The notes beneath the pieces were generated by a model that searched no databases, was not told the origin of the DNA, and saw only the letters and a program-made list of their open reading frames with translations. A stretch of DNA of 57,855 nucleotides from Chlamydiota bacterium (GTDB taxonomy: Bacteria > Chlamydiota > Chlamydiia > Chlamydiales > Rhabdochlamydiaceae): NCBI GenBank assembly GCA_947505635.1, contig CANNLR010000001.1:1-57855 (forward strand), in the 5' to 3' direction. Made by a program: the position numbers and the translations under genes. This document shows, in pieces, positions 37,897 through 46,815 of this stretch. The first letter of the stretch is position 1. Each line of letters begins with the position of its first letter.

Positions 37897-38652
37897 TTAA
37901 GGAGATTTGTAAAATACCTGAGTAAGGTGAAGTCCGTGGGCTGGAGCCGTAACACCGGCAAGGGCTCTTTTTTTTTGAAGCAGAATTTCTTTCACCTCAG
38001 AAGGGGTGATTTTCTCCCGTCCTACATAAATCAAGGTTCCAATGAGGTTTCTCATCATTTTGTATAAAAACCTATTGCCTATAATACTGAAGCGTATTCT
38101 ATCTTTTTCTATAAAATCTATTTTTATCGAAGATAAAGTACAGATTGGATTTTTGTCGTGCAGGGAAAGTTGATTGCAAAAGGCAGAAAAATCATGAGTT
38201 CCTAAGAGGTGTTCTGAAGCTTCTGTCATAAGATTTATTTGCAAGAGAGAGGGGACATACCAAGAAAAAAAACGATTTTTAGGTTGTTGATAAGGGGTAT
38301 TGCAGATGAAGTATTGATACTCCTTCCCCTGTGTATCAAGCGTTGGGTGAAAGTTTAAAGGTTTTTCTTGTATTTGTAAGGCGACTATAGAAGGGGGAAG
38401 AAGAGCATTGATTCCTTGCAGTAATTTAGGAAGAGATAAGGGATCTTTATGTGTGAAAAAATTAACGCTTTGTCCTTCTGCATGGACATAGGCATCTGTT
38501 CGGCTAGCTGCTTGTAAGTGAATTTTTTCTTGTAGTATTTTTGATAGCACATTTTCTAAAGATTCTTCGATGGTGGGGCCCATAAGGGTTTTTTGCCATC
38601 CTAAAAAGGCTGTGCCGTCGTAAGCAATAATGAGTTGTATATTTTTCATCAA
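37897..38652 (-). CDS. truA: tRNA pseudouridine(38-40) synthase
   Basis: AYDGT.F.GWQ, SRTDA.VHA.GQ, G.HDFSAF, FLYKM.R and TAPAHGL motifs. Confidence 0.95.
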   Translation of the reverse strand: MMKNIQLIIAYDGTAFLGWQKTLMGPTIEESLENVLSKILQEKIHLQAASRTDAYVHAEGQSVNFFTHKDPLSLPKLLQGINALLPPSIVALQIQEKPLNFHPTLDTQGKEYQYFICNTPYQQPKNRFFSWYVPSLLQINLMTEASEHLLGTHDFSAFCNQLSLHDKNPICTLSSIKIDFIEKDRIRFSIIGNRFLYKMMRNLIGTLIYVGREKITPSEVKEILLQKKRALAGVTAPAHGLHLTQVFYKSP

Positions 38653-39269
38653 GGAAGGGGTTGATTCATATCACAAACGTATAAGGATATCCCTTGTAAG
38701 AACATTTGTACAGAGATTAACGTAAGAAGAAGTCCCATGAGCCTCTCACAAGCCATTAATCCCTTATCTCCAAGAAATTTCTGTAGTAGGCTAGAGGCTA
38801 ACAAAATAAGAGAGGTAGCTAACCAAGCTAAAAAAAGAGCACATAAAACAACAAAAGGGGATTCCCCTTCTTTAGAATAGAGCATAATAGAGGCTAAAAC
38901 GGCAGGTCCTGCCACGAGAGGAATCGCAAGGGGGACAATGAAGGGTTCTTTAGGAGAAGAAGTTTTTTTTGGTTTTAAGTAGAAAAATTCTGGAAAGACC
39001 ATCCGAATGGCGATGAGAAACAAGATGATCCCCCCTGCCAGAAGAACTGTATGTTGTTTTACATGAATGAGGTCCAATATAAAGTTTCCTATAAAGTAAA
39101 AAATAATGATAACGCCAAGGGCTATCAGAAGTTCTCTTAAAATAATTTGTCTTTGTCTTTTAGGGGGAAGATCTTTTAAAATTGCAATGAAGAGGGGGAT
39201 ATTTCCTAAGGAGTCCATTAGAAGAAACAAAGTGAATGCGATAGAAAAGATGTGAAAATCTATTAACAT
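38649..39269 (-). CDS. MarC family membrane protein
   Basis: MD.LGN.P.F, VPLAIPL.AGP and ER.MGL.L motifs. Confidence 0.92.
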   Translation of the reverse strand: MLIDFHIFSIAFTLFLLMDSLGNIPLFIAILKDLPPKRQRQIILRELLIALGVIIIFYFIGNFILDLIHVKQHTVLLAGGIILFLIAIRMVFPEFFYLKPKKTSSPKEPFIVPLAIPLVAGPAVLASIMLYSKEGESPFVVLCALFLAWLATSLILLASSLLQKFLGDKGLMACERLMGLLLTLISVQMFLQGISLYVCDMNQPLP

Positions 39270-39297
39270 AAATGTTTCCTTTGAGGTGGTAAATATT

Positions 39298-40305
39298 TTA
39301 CTGAATTGAATGGGACTCTATATTTTTCCATATTTTCCAAAAATATTTTTTTTGAAAATCTGTTAGCGTGTGAATTACTAATAAACAATCTTCATTTATT
39401 GTAAAAGCAGATTTTGTCCAGTTAGCTGACCCAAGGAGGAGAGTGCTTTTATCAATGAGGCACCACTTGTGGTGCAGAAGTTTCCCTCCCTTATTGATAT
39501 ACAAAGGGATATGATATTCTTGTAGAAGCTCAGCCGTTTTTCGGCTAGCTCCTCGAGCTGTGTAATAATCTAAGGCCACAAAGATGTTAACACCTCTTTT
39601 TTTTGCTAAAAATAGAGCTTCTAAAATTTTAGGGTGGGTAAAAGTGAAAAGGGCTATGTGAATTGTTTCTTTAGCAAGAGAGATTAAATGTAATGTGTTA
39701 TTAAGACATTCTTGTTTGAAATCGGGTAGGTGCCAAAGATCAATCTTTTGCCCTCCTATTGTGTAATGTAGATGGTTTTTAAGGGAGTGCTGAAGGTCAT
39801 GAGCTAGCTCCTTACTATGTAATCCGAGTATAACATTGTCATGCATGCATAAAGATGTTGGGGTGAAATTTGCTGTTCCTATAAGAACAGTCTCTTCATC
39901 GAGGATTAAGATTTTTTTATGCATCAACCCAGATCTTATAAGAGGGGTTGCTTGGGAGATTTTTTTTTGTAAGGGCCCAGATCCTGAAGGATCATAAAAA
40001 ATTCTTACTACAGTCCCTCTTGTAATAGCTTTTTGTAAAGAGTTGATAACTGCAGTATCGGTACATCCATAGATTTGTAAGAAAAGAGATTTTTTTGCGC
40101 TTTCTATAGCTTTTAATACGATTCTCTTAAGATCATCCCCTGTTTGATTGGAATAGAAAAGAACAGGATTTTTCTCTGAAGGTAAGATTGGATGGGTAAC
40201 TTGATAAGAGGCATAAATAAAAAAAAACACAAGAGAAAGTATAGCGCCTATTTTAGCAATAGGCGCTATCCGCTTATAGAAATTATACTTTTTGTCCGGA
40301 AGCAC
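39298..40305 (-). CDS. Phospholipase D superfamily protein with N-terminal membrane anchor
   Basis: Two HKD motifs (HKKILILD...GTANFT and HHKWCLID...GSANWT). Confidence 0.9.
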   Translation of the reverse strand: MLPDKKYNFYKRIAPIAKIGAILSLVFFFIYASYQVTHPILPSEKNPVLFYSNQTGDDLKRIVLKAIESAKKSLFLQIYGCTDTAVINSLQKAITRGTVVRIFYDPSGSGPLQKKISQATPLIRSGLMHKKILILDEETVLIGTANFTPTSLCMHDNVILGLHSKELAHDLQHSLKNHLHYTIGGQKIDLWHLPDFKQECLNNTLHLISLAKETIHIALFTFTHPKILEALFLAKKRGVNIFVALDYYTARGASRKTAELLQEYHIPLYINKGGKLLHHKWCLIDKSTLLLGSANWTKSAFTINEDCLLVIHTLTDFQKKYFWKIWKNIESHSIQ

Positions 40306-40558
40306 GTACTTGACGGATTACAGTAGAAAGTCCTATTTTATCGATTGTGCGCATTGCAGATGTTGCAAGCCGGAGGGTGATAAATCGATTTTCTTCTTGG
40401 AACCAAAAACGCTTTTTTACAAGGTTAGGTAAGAAACGACGGCTAGTAACTCCAGTTACTTTAATTCCGACCCCTTTTTTCTTTTTAGCAATACCACGGA
40501 GGGCATAACTGTTACCAGAAACAGGTTTCTTCCCGGTAACTTGACATTTTCTAGACAT
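40283..40558 (-). CDS. rpmB: 50S ribosomal protein L28
   Basis: [14 protein letters not shown]...R.F.PNL pattern. Confidence 0.96.
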   Translation of the reverse strand: MSRKCQVTGKKPVSGNSYALRGIAKKKKGVGIKVTGVTSRRFLPNLVKKRFWFQEENRFITLRLATSAMRTIDKIGLSTVIRQVRASGQKV

Positions 40559-40586
40559 GACTAAACTCCCATACTATAAGATGGGC

Positions 40587-40618
40587 AAGATGGTACCATC
40601 TTCTTTGTTATTGAACAA
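40587..40618 (-). promoter_or_regulatory. Putative rpmB promoter overlapped by a 16-bp perfect palindrome
   Basis: TTGTTC-N17-TACCAT on the minus strand; AAGATGGTACCATCTT at 40587-40602. Confidence 0.5.
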
Positions 40619-40669
40619 GAATATTTAGAAGGTGTAAGCTAAAATTATTTTTCGTATAAAGAGGCTAAG

Positions 40670-42067
40670 ATGGAAGAGCTGTGTGTAGACTATGTCATTA
40701 TAGGGTCGGGACCCGCAGGACAAAAGGCAGCTATGCAAGCAGCAAAACTTGGAAAAAGCGTTGCCATCATAGAGAAAGACTCTTTTCCTGGAGGAGTTTC
40801 TTTATATTCGGGAACGATTCCTTCTAAATCTCTTCGAGAAGCTATTTTGGATTTAACAGATTTTTATAAAAATAGTTTTTATGCTAAGTCGATGTCTCTA
40901 AAAAAAGTATCAATTAATGATTTGAATTTCAGATTGCATAAAGTTTTGGATGCGCAAAAAGATATTCTGCTTAGGCAGATAGAAAAAAATCACATCCGTC
41001 TTTTACATGGAATTGCTCAGTTTAAAGACTCTCATTCTATTTTAGTTTCAGATGAAGAAGGCAACGTCTTATATCATGTAAGTTTTTCATTTTGCTTAAT
41101 CGCTGCTGGCTCTAAACCACGCCATCCTGTTGATATCCCCTTTAATCGAGAAAGGATTTTCGATTCAACAGAGCTTCTATCTATTGATCATGTGCCAGAG
41201 ACGATGATTGTATTAGGAGGGGGGATTATTGGGGCAGAGTATGCAAGTTTTTTTGCAGCTTTAGGGACTGAAGTAACTGTTATCGATAAAAAAGATCACC
41301 TTTTACCTATGTTAGATGAAGAGATTGGTCTTCATTTGCAAACGGCTCTCAGCGCTCTTGGGTTAAAGATGGTTGGAGGCAAAGAGATAGAAAAGATTGA
41401 AGCTAAATCAGATTGTGTGGAGGTTCTTTGTAAGGGTGGATTAGTTTTTAGTTCCGATGTTTTGCTATATGCATTAGGAAGAGAAGCTAACGTTGCGCAG
41501 CTACAGATTGATAAAGTAGGAATCTTCTTAAATAAGAAAGGGTATATTGAGGTGAATGCCTTATTTCAAACAACAACGCCGCATATCTATGCAGCAGGAG
41601 ATGTGATTGATTCTCCAGCTTTAGCTTCTACAAGTATGGAGCAAGGACGGCTTGCGGCTAGACATGCTTTTGGGGAAGAAACGCATCATTTTCCCACTTT
41701 TTATCCAATTGGCATTTATACCATTCCAGAAATTTCTTCTTGTGGGTATACTGAAGCGGAACTCAAGTCTTTAAATTTTCGATATGAAATCGGAAGAGCC
41801 TATTATTACGAGATAGCCAGAAATCAGATTGTAGGTAATGATCCTGGGATGTTTAAGATTCTATTTCATGCGGACACTTTGGAGATTTTGGGAATTCATA
41901 TTATTGGAAGAAGCGCTACAGAGCTCATACACATTGGGCAGGTAGCGATGAGTTTTAGAGCAAAGATCGATTACTTTATCGATCAGGTATTTAATTATCC
42001 AACCTATGCAGAAGGGTATCGGATTGCAGCTCTTAATGGATGTAATAAAATAAAGCGCAGGAAATAA
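40670..42067 (+). CDS. sthA: Soluble pyridine nucleotide transhydrogenase
   Basis: IGSGPAGQKAA, GTIPSK.LREA without the redox Cys pair, GIYTIPEIS and FNYPT.AE.Y..AALNG motifs. Confidence 0.92.
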   Translation: MEELCVDYVIIGSGPAGQKAAMQAAKLGKSVAIIEKDSFPGGVSLYSGTIPSKSLREAILDLTDFYKNSFYAKSMSLKKVSINDLNFRLHKVLDAQKDILLRQIEKNHIRLLHGIAQFKDSHSILVSDEEGNVLYHVSFSFCLIAAGSKPRHPVDIPFNRERIFDSTELLSIDHVPETMIVLGGGIIGAEYASFFAALGTEVTVIDKKDHLLPMLDEEIGLHLQTALSALGLKMVGGKEIEKIEAKSDCVEVLCKGGLVFSSDVLLYALGREANVAQLQIDKVGIFLNKKGYIEVNALFQTTTPHIYAAGDVIDSPALASTSMEQGRLAARHAFGEETHHFPTFYPIGIYTIPEISSCGYTEAELKSLNFRYEIGRAYYYEIARNQIVGNDPGMFKILFHADTLEILGIHIIGRSATELIHIGQVAMSFRAKIDYFIDQVFNYPTYAEGYRIAALNGCNKIKRRK

Positions 42068-42070
42068 GGC

Positions 42071-42514
42071 ATGTCGAGCATCGATGTTTGTAGTGAAGAG
42101 AAAAAAAAGTCTGAAATTGTGTTAAAAAGTACTATTTCTTTAAGGTCTTTTTTTTCATATTTGTATACGCGCCTTTGTATTCTATGTCTTCTTGGCTTGG
42201 ATGCCATTTGGCTTGTTTTCTTATTAGGTAAGGTGGCGGTCTATGGTGTGTTGCAGATTGTTTGTCTTGGATCTTCTGCGACTTTGCAAGCAGGTCTTAT
42301 GAAGGGTTGTGCTTCGATTAGGCGCGCTCTTGTTTGTGGACTATGTTTACTTATTAGTTTGCTAAGTCCTGCTTTAGGAATTATGGTCGGATGTGCTTAT
42401 TTTCTTATGTATGATAAAAGTGGTGTAGAGGAGATCGTACCTAGTATTTTGAAAAAACAGTTCGGAGAACTGCTTTCCCTTCATAAAGAAAAAAATCAAG
42501 GATTAGGGCTGTAA
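42071..42514 (+). CDS. Hypothetical membrane protein
   Basis: 147 aa with two long hydrophobic segments; starts 3 nt after sthA. Confidence 0.7.
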   Translation: MSSIDVCSEEKKKSEIVLKSTISLRSFFSYLYTRLCILCLLGLDAIWLVFLLGKVAVYGVLQIVCLGSSATLQAGLMKGCASIRRALVCGLCLLISLLSPALGIMVGCAYFLMYDKSGVEEIVPSILKKQFGELLSLHKEKNQGLGL

Positions 42515-43308
42515 AATCCCTTGATCACTCTAGTATAGAAACTGTCTTCTATTTTAGCGTACTTCGTATTTTCCTCTTGGATTTCATCTGCAATAGGTGC
42601 GATGTGAGGTAATGGGTAAGATTTTGTGTCACTCTGTTTTGCTAGTCCAACTTCACGCAAGTTGTCGTAGAGATCTTTTAACGTGGTTTCAAGATGTCCT
42701 TCTTTATAAGAAAGGGTTAAATTAAGATTTGCTGGCATAGGCACGCCAGTCATTAGGATCGAGTTCAAGGATCCTAGAGCCTCACCTTCTTCGTTTGAAA
42801 GACGTTCTAGGATAGGGTCCTTAAAAAGAAGCCCTCTTTTTATGCTAGTCGTTATTCTGTCTTCAATACTTTTAGAATAGTCTTTGAGAAGTTCCTTTCT
42901 TGTCTTGTATTCATCACGATGCAATTGTAAAGGAGATTCTATTTCTTCTGAAGGATCTAAAGACTGTAGAAGAGAGTCTGCAAAGTTTTCCCTTTGAGTG
43001 TTATAAAATCTTGTGTAAAGGGGATTGAATCCTTGGTTAGGGAAGCTTTTAATGAGGATTTCATTAGCAAGGACAATCGAGGCTTTTTTTATAGATTGTG
43101 CATCTTTTTCAACAGCTAGAGGTAATGTTGCCTTAGCTTTTTCTGCGCAGGCCGTATGTGCTTGGATTGTCTGTTTCGTCTCATTATAGGTTTGGATTTT
43201 TTGTTGAGCCCAATCGATCGGGGGCGCTACTTTTTTGACAATGGCAGACCCAAAGTGTCCTAAGGCTGTGTATTGCTGTCCTAGATGTTTAATCATTTGA
43301 AACTCCAT
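42496..43308 (-). CDS. Hypothetical protein
   Basis: 270-aa ORF preceded by an AT-rich intergenic region; no recognised motif. Confidence 0.7.
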   Translation of the reverse strand: MEFQMIKHLGQQYTALGHFGSAIVKKVAPPIDWAQQKIQTYNETKQTIQAHTACAEKAKATLPLAVEKDAQSIKKASIVLANEILIKSFPNQGFNPLYTRFYNTQRENFADSLLQSLDPSEEIESPLQLHRDEYKTRKELLKDYSKSIEDRITTSIKRGLLFKDPILERLSNEEGEALGSLNSILMTGVPMPANLNLTLSYKEGHLETTLKDLYDNLREVGLAKQSDTKSYPLPHIAPIADEIQEENTKYAKIEDSFYTRVIKGFYSPNP

Positions 43309-43426
43309 TTATATAAAATATAATTGTATCATGTATAGTGTATTAATTCAAATTAAATATAAACTATTGAATATATATAACTATAAGGTTTAAAATATTG
43401 CTTTAGTTAATTAACTTGGTGACATT

Positions 43427-44188
43427 ATGTTTAGTAAGATATGTTTGTTGTTTTTTGTAGGATGTACCCCATTTGTTCTCGATGCGGTCCCCGTAGAAGA
43501 GAATAGTGCTCATATACAGATTGTTGAGACAGAATCTTGGCTAGATAAGTGGGCTAAGTCAGATAAAGACGTACTAGAGCAATTTTCCCTATTTGAGCAT
43601 TCTTTGCAGAAAGGGGTAGAAAAAAAGCTTCTTACAGAAGCTGATGTGGCAAAAATACATCAAGCTGTATCTTTTGCAGCAGAAAAACATCAGTCTCAAT
43701 TCAGGAAAAACAGTAAAAAAACACCTTATGTTATTCATCCTATAGGTGTTGCAACCCATGTTGTCAGTATCGGTAATGTTTATGACGTAGATATAATCAT
43801 CGCAGCCCTGCTGCACGATGTAATGGATGGAACGGATGCCACTTATGATGAGATTGCCACCTATTTTGGGCTAAAAGTAGCCACCTATATACAAGAAGTG
43901 ACAGGAGATCTCACCCTTTCTGATAAAGAGCAAAAAAAGCAGCAAATTATAGAAGCGCCTCATCAGTCTAAAGGAGCTACTGTCATAAGATTAGCTGATA
44001 AGCTGCACAATATAAACACCTTAATGAAAGATCCTTCCCAAGGCTGGTCTCAAGATCGCCTAGATGGTTATTTTCAATGGGTTCATGCTGTCATAGATCA
44101 ACTTCCTAGTGTAAACGACCCTCTAAAAGAAGCCGTTCATAAGACCATTGCTGGGTATTGGGAGGGGCAGGGGGAACAATCCGGGTAA
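43427..44188 (+). CDS. MESH1-type HD-domain hydrolase homolog with signal-peptide-like leader
   Basis: FAA.KH..Q.RK....TPY..HPIGVA, AALLHD, EVT.D, LADKL.N and GWS..R...YF.W motifs. Confidence 0.88.
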   Translation: MFSKICLLFFVGCTPFVLDAVPVEENSAHIQIVETESWLDKWAKSDKDVLEQFSLFEHSLQKGVEKKLLTEADVAKIHQAVSFAAEKHQSQFRKNSKKTPYVIHPIGVATHVVSIGNVYDVDIIIAALLHDVMDGTDATYDEIATYFGLKVATYIQEVTGDLTLSDKEQKKQQIIEAPHQSKGATVIRLADKLHNINTLMKDPSQGWSQDRLDGYFQWVHAVIDQLPSVNDPLKEAVHKTIAGYWEGQGEQSG

Positions 44189-44194
44189 GGAAGT

Positions 44195-45262
44195 TTAGCT
44201 GTTCTGAGGTGCGAGGAGGATTGCTAAAGCCTCGATGAAATGCTCTTGTGTTTCCCTGTCATGATCTGAGAAGGGTGTTGGACGGAATTTTTCATCTATA
44301 TCAGAGGGCTCTCTAGAAACAGTTGAATCACGATAGGTGGTGATGTTCTCATCAAAAGTTGTATGGGCTACAAGGCTTGGGTTACTTGCGTAATTAACAT
44401 CGTAAGAGGTATCTCTATCTGAGAGAGTTGAACGGCCTTCCTGTTGGGACGCGACTTGATAAGCTTTTTTAACTAGATCTTCCACTCTAAGGTTGTCGAG
44501 TCTTGCAGTAAAATAGTCAAGCTTTTGAGTGCTATAATCTGCTATAGGATCGCCAAAGTCAAATTCGGATTCCTCCCTGCTATTTGATGCAGCTCTGTTG
44601 GCTGTGGCAAGAATGTCCGCCGATCCAAGAAGACTGTTAGAGGAATCCTCTCCTGAGGAGGGATTAGCCCCTTCGAATATATCGATCGGGACGGAGGCCG
44701 AATTGCCCATCTGAGGATCCAAAGAGGGGAATGAATCCGGATATTTAGCTGAGAGTTTATTATAAAGCTTTTTGTCATCCTGACCAGCAAAAATCTCATA
44801 CGCAGCTTTCACATCGCTACCAAATTTTTTTTTGATAAAATCCGTAGTCTTTTGGTTAGAACGGTTGTTATAATTAAAGCTGGGTGTATGGGGGGGGGCA
44901 ACTTTTTCAGGAGGTTCTTGTCCGAGCATTGTCTGGACAAAACCTTCTTCTGTCAAGAGCTGTTGATGTGTGGCGTGGATTCCAATGCAAGCTAGGGCTG
45001 CCTCGGCAGTTCTTTTAGCTGGGAGGAATGAATTTGCTACATCTGTGAGAATAGTGAGTGTTCTAGAACTCCAAGCGTCTTCATTCGAAGTAGCAAAGGT
45101 GAGAGGGCTTATGAGGAGCTTTCCAAGAGCTCCTAGAATTCCACCAACCAGATGGAACGGCACCGCTAGTATTAACAAAGGAACTTGACCAACTGCTTTG
45201 GCTCTTTGTAGGTAACTGTTAGCAGGCACTGCAGGAGAGCTATCTTTATTTACCAATCCCAT
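44195..45262 (-). CDS. Hypothetical protein; candidate Inc-like membrane effector
   Basis: GAGGA SD; a long hydrophobic stretch near the N-terminus followed by an acidic, Ser-rich tail. Confidence 0.7.
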   Translation of the reverse strand: MGLVNKDSSPAVPANSYLQRAKAVGQVPLLILAVPFHLVGGILGALGKLLISPLTFATSNEDAWSSRTLTILTDVANSFLPAKRTAEAALACIGIHATHQQLLTEEGFVQTMLGQEPPEKVAPPHTPSFNYNNRSNQKTTDFIKKKFGSDVKAAYEIFAGQDDKKLYNKLSAKYPDSFPSLDPQMGNSASVPIDIFEGANPSSGEDSSNSLLGSADILATANRAASNSREESEFDFGDPIADYSTQKLDYFTARLDNLRVEDLVKKAYQVASQQEGRSTLSDRDTSYDVNYASNPSLVAHTTFDENITTYRDSTVSREPSDIDEKFRPTPFSDHDRETQEHFIEALAILLAPQNS

Positions 45263-45291
45263 TTTTTTTATCCTCGTTGACTTATTTTAAG

Positions 45292-45329
45292 TAACTAACC
45301 GTATCGTAATGAAATGAGACGGTTAGTTA
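45292..45329 (-). terminator. Hairpin directly after the NTT stop codon
   Basis: TAACTAACCGT / ACGGTTAGTTA stem; no strong U tract. Confidence 0.5.
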
Positions 45330-45334
45330 TGATT

Positions 45335-46738
45335 TTAGCAAACAACTTTCTTTTCGTTAATCGCTTTACGGAAGGTCCTACCGAGGAAGAGGGCTACGAT
45401 GAGCCATAATCCGAGGAGGGGAAATCCGATAGCCCCACTTAACATGAGGTAGTGCGCTTTACCTAGAAGAGGTCCGAAGGCCTTTTGTAGGGGAGATAAG
45501 AGCATGTTAAATAAAGATCCTGCTTCTTTAGAAGATCTAGATCCAAAGGTCTCTATCCAAGCTTGCGCTTTAAAACGAACATCGGGTGTTGTTGGGATAT
45601 AAAGCTGCTTTAACGCAGGTCCATTTAACGCATAGTTGATCGCTTTAGATCCAACCATGAGAACAAAGAGGAAGTTTAAGCTCTCCATCGTTAAGAAACC
45701 GAAGAGGGCGCATCCTACGATGATAGGCATAGCTGCAAGAGCTACTCCTATTCCTAAAAAGCGAGTGATATTGCTGATCCCAAGAAGTAGGCAAGTTAAA
45801 GACACAACGTTAACGCTAGATCCGTAGATGCTTAAATAGTTGCTAAGCGCTACGCCAGAGTATAGCCCTCCTGCTGCTATTTTAAAGTTAAAGTCAAAGA
45901 TCGTCACAACAACTTCATAAATGAAGTTTGCTGCAAAAATACCAAGAAGATAACGGTGTTTTAGCATGAGCTTTAATCCTTCTAAAAATCCAGGCTCTTG
46001 TTTTTTTTCTTCTGTTTCTTCATTTTTACCATGGAAAGACTTAAGAAGATTCTCAGGTGTTGCTCTTAGGAAATAGCGAACTAGAGGAATAATCAAAAGA
46101 ATTAGGATCCCTAAAATGATGATAGAAAGAGTGTCCGTTTGCAACCCAAGGCGGTGAGGCAAGCCCCCGATTCCGTAGGGACAGATGATCCCTCCAATTT
46201 GTCCAATGGCAACAACCATAGGAAAGCCTCTTTTTGCTTGAACAGGACCCGTAGAGTCTGCTGCAAAGGCCCAAAATAAAGCGACGACTAAAGATCCAAA
46301 GCTCTCTACGAAAAGATACCAAAGGTATCCTAAGACCTTTATGGCTATATAAGGAAAGGAAAAGGCTACGAGTCCTTCCATGTGAGATTGGGCAATGCCA
46401 ATACAGGCACTAAAGACTAAAACAGAAATCCCATAGAATGTGGGTAAAATGATAAGCATTCTTTCTCGAGAAGTTTTCTCTAGTAATCTAGTGTAAAACA
46501 TAACAAGAGGTAGCAAACAAAGAACAGAGACTGTTTTTGCGTAGGGTAGATGTAGCTTATCTACTAACTGAATGAAAATGGCATCTTTTAAAGGACGAAG
46601 AGTCCAATACACGCCAATGATGAGGGCAAAAATAATACCCATGCGGAGGAACTTCTTAAATTCCTCCCTTTCGAAATTACCAAAATTAAATCGACAGACC
46701 CATTGGAAAAATGATAATAACTTTCCCGTTATATCCAT
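45335..46738 (-). CDS. Npt/NTT (TLC) family nucleotide transporter, short divergent type
   Basis: YW.LRPLKD, FWAFA, K...Y.L..P....LYIP and K...W.E.FG.R..K motifs; about 12 TM segments. Confidence 0.85.
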   Translation of the reverse strand: MDITGKLLSFFQWVCRFNFGNFEREEFKKFLRMGIIFALIIGVYWTLRPLKDAIFIQLVDKLHLPYAKTVSVLCLLPLVMFYTRLLEKTSRERMLIILPTFYGISVLVFSACIGIAQSHMEGLVAFSFPYIAIKVLGYLWYLFVESFGSLVVALFWAFAADSTGPVQAKRGFPMVVAIGQIGGIICPYGIGGLPHRLGLQTDTLSIIILGILILLIIPLVRYFLRATPENLLKSFHGKNEETEEKKQEPGFLEGLKLMLKHRYLLGIFAANFIYEVVVTIFDFNFKIAAGGLYSGVALSNYLSIYGSSVNVVSLTCLLLGISNITRFLGIGVALAAMPIIVGCALFGFLTMESLNFLFVLMVGSKAINYALNGPALKQLYIPTTPDVRFKAQAWIETFGSRSSKEAGSLFNMLLSPLQKAFGPLLGKAHYLMLSGAIGFPLLGLWLIVALFLGRTFRKAINEKKVVC

Positions 46739-46815
46739 AATAGTTCTCCTTTTATGCTATATTTTGCAATATAGAATAATATAGGATTATTTGTCTTGCT
46801 TGTTTAAATTTTTTT

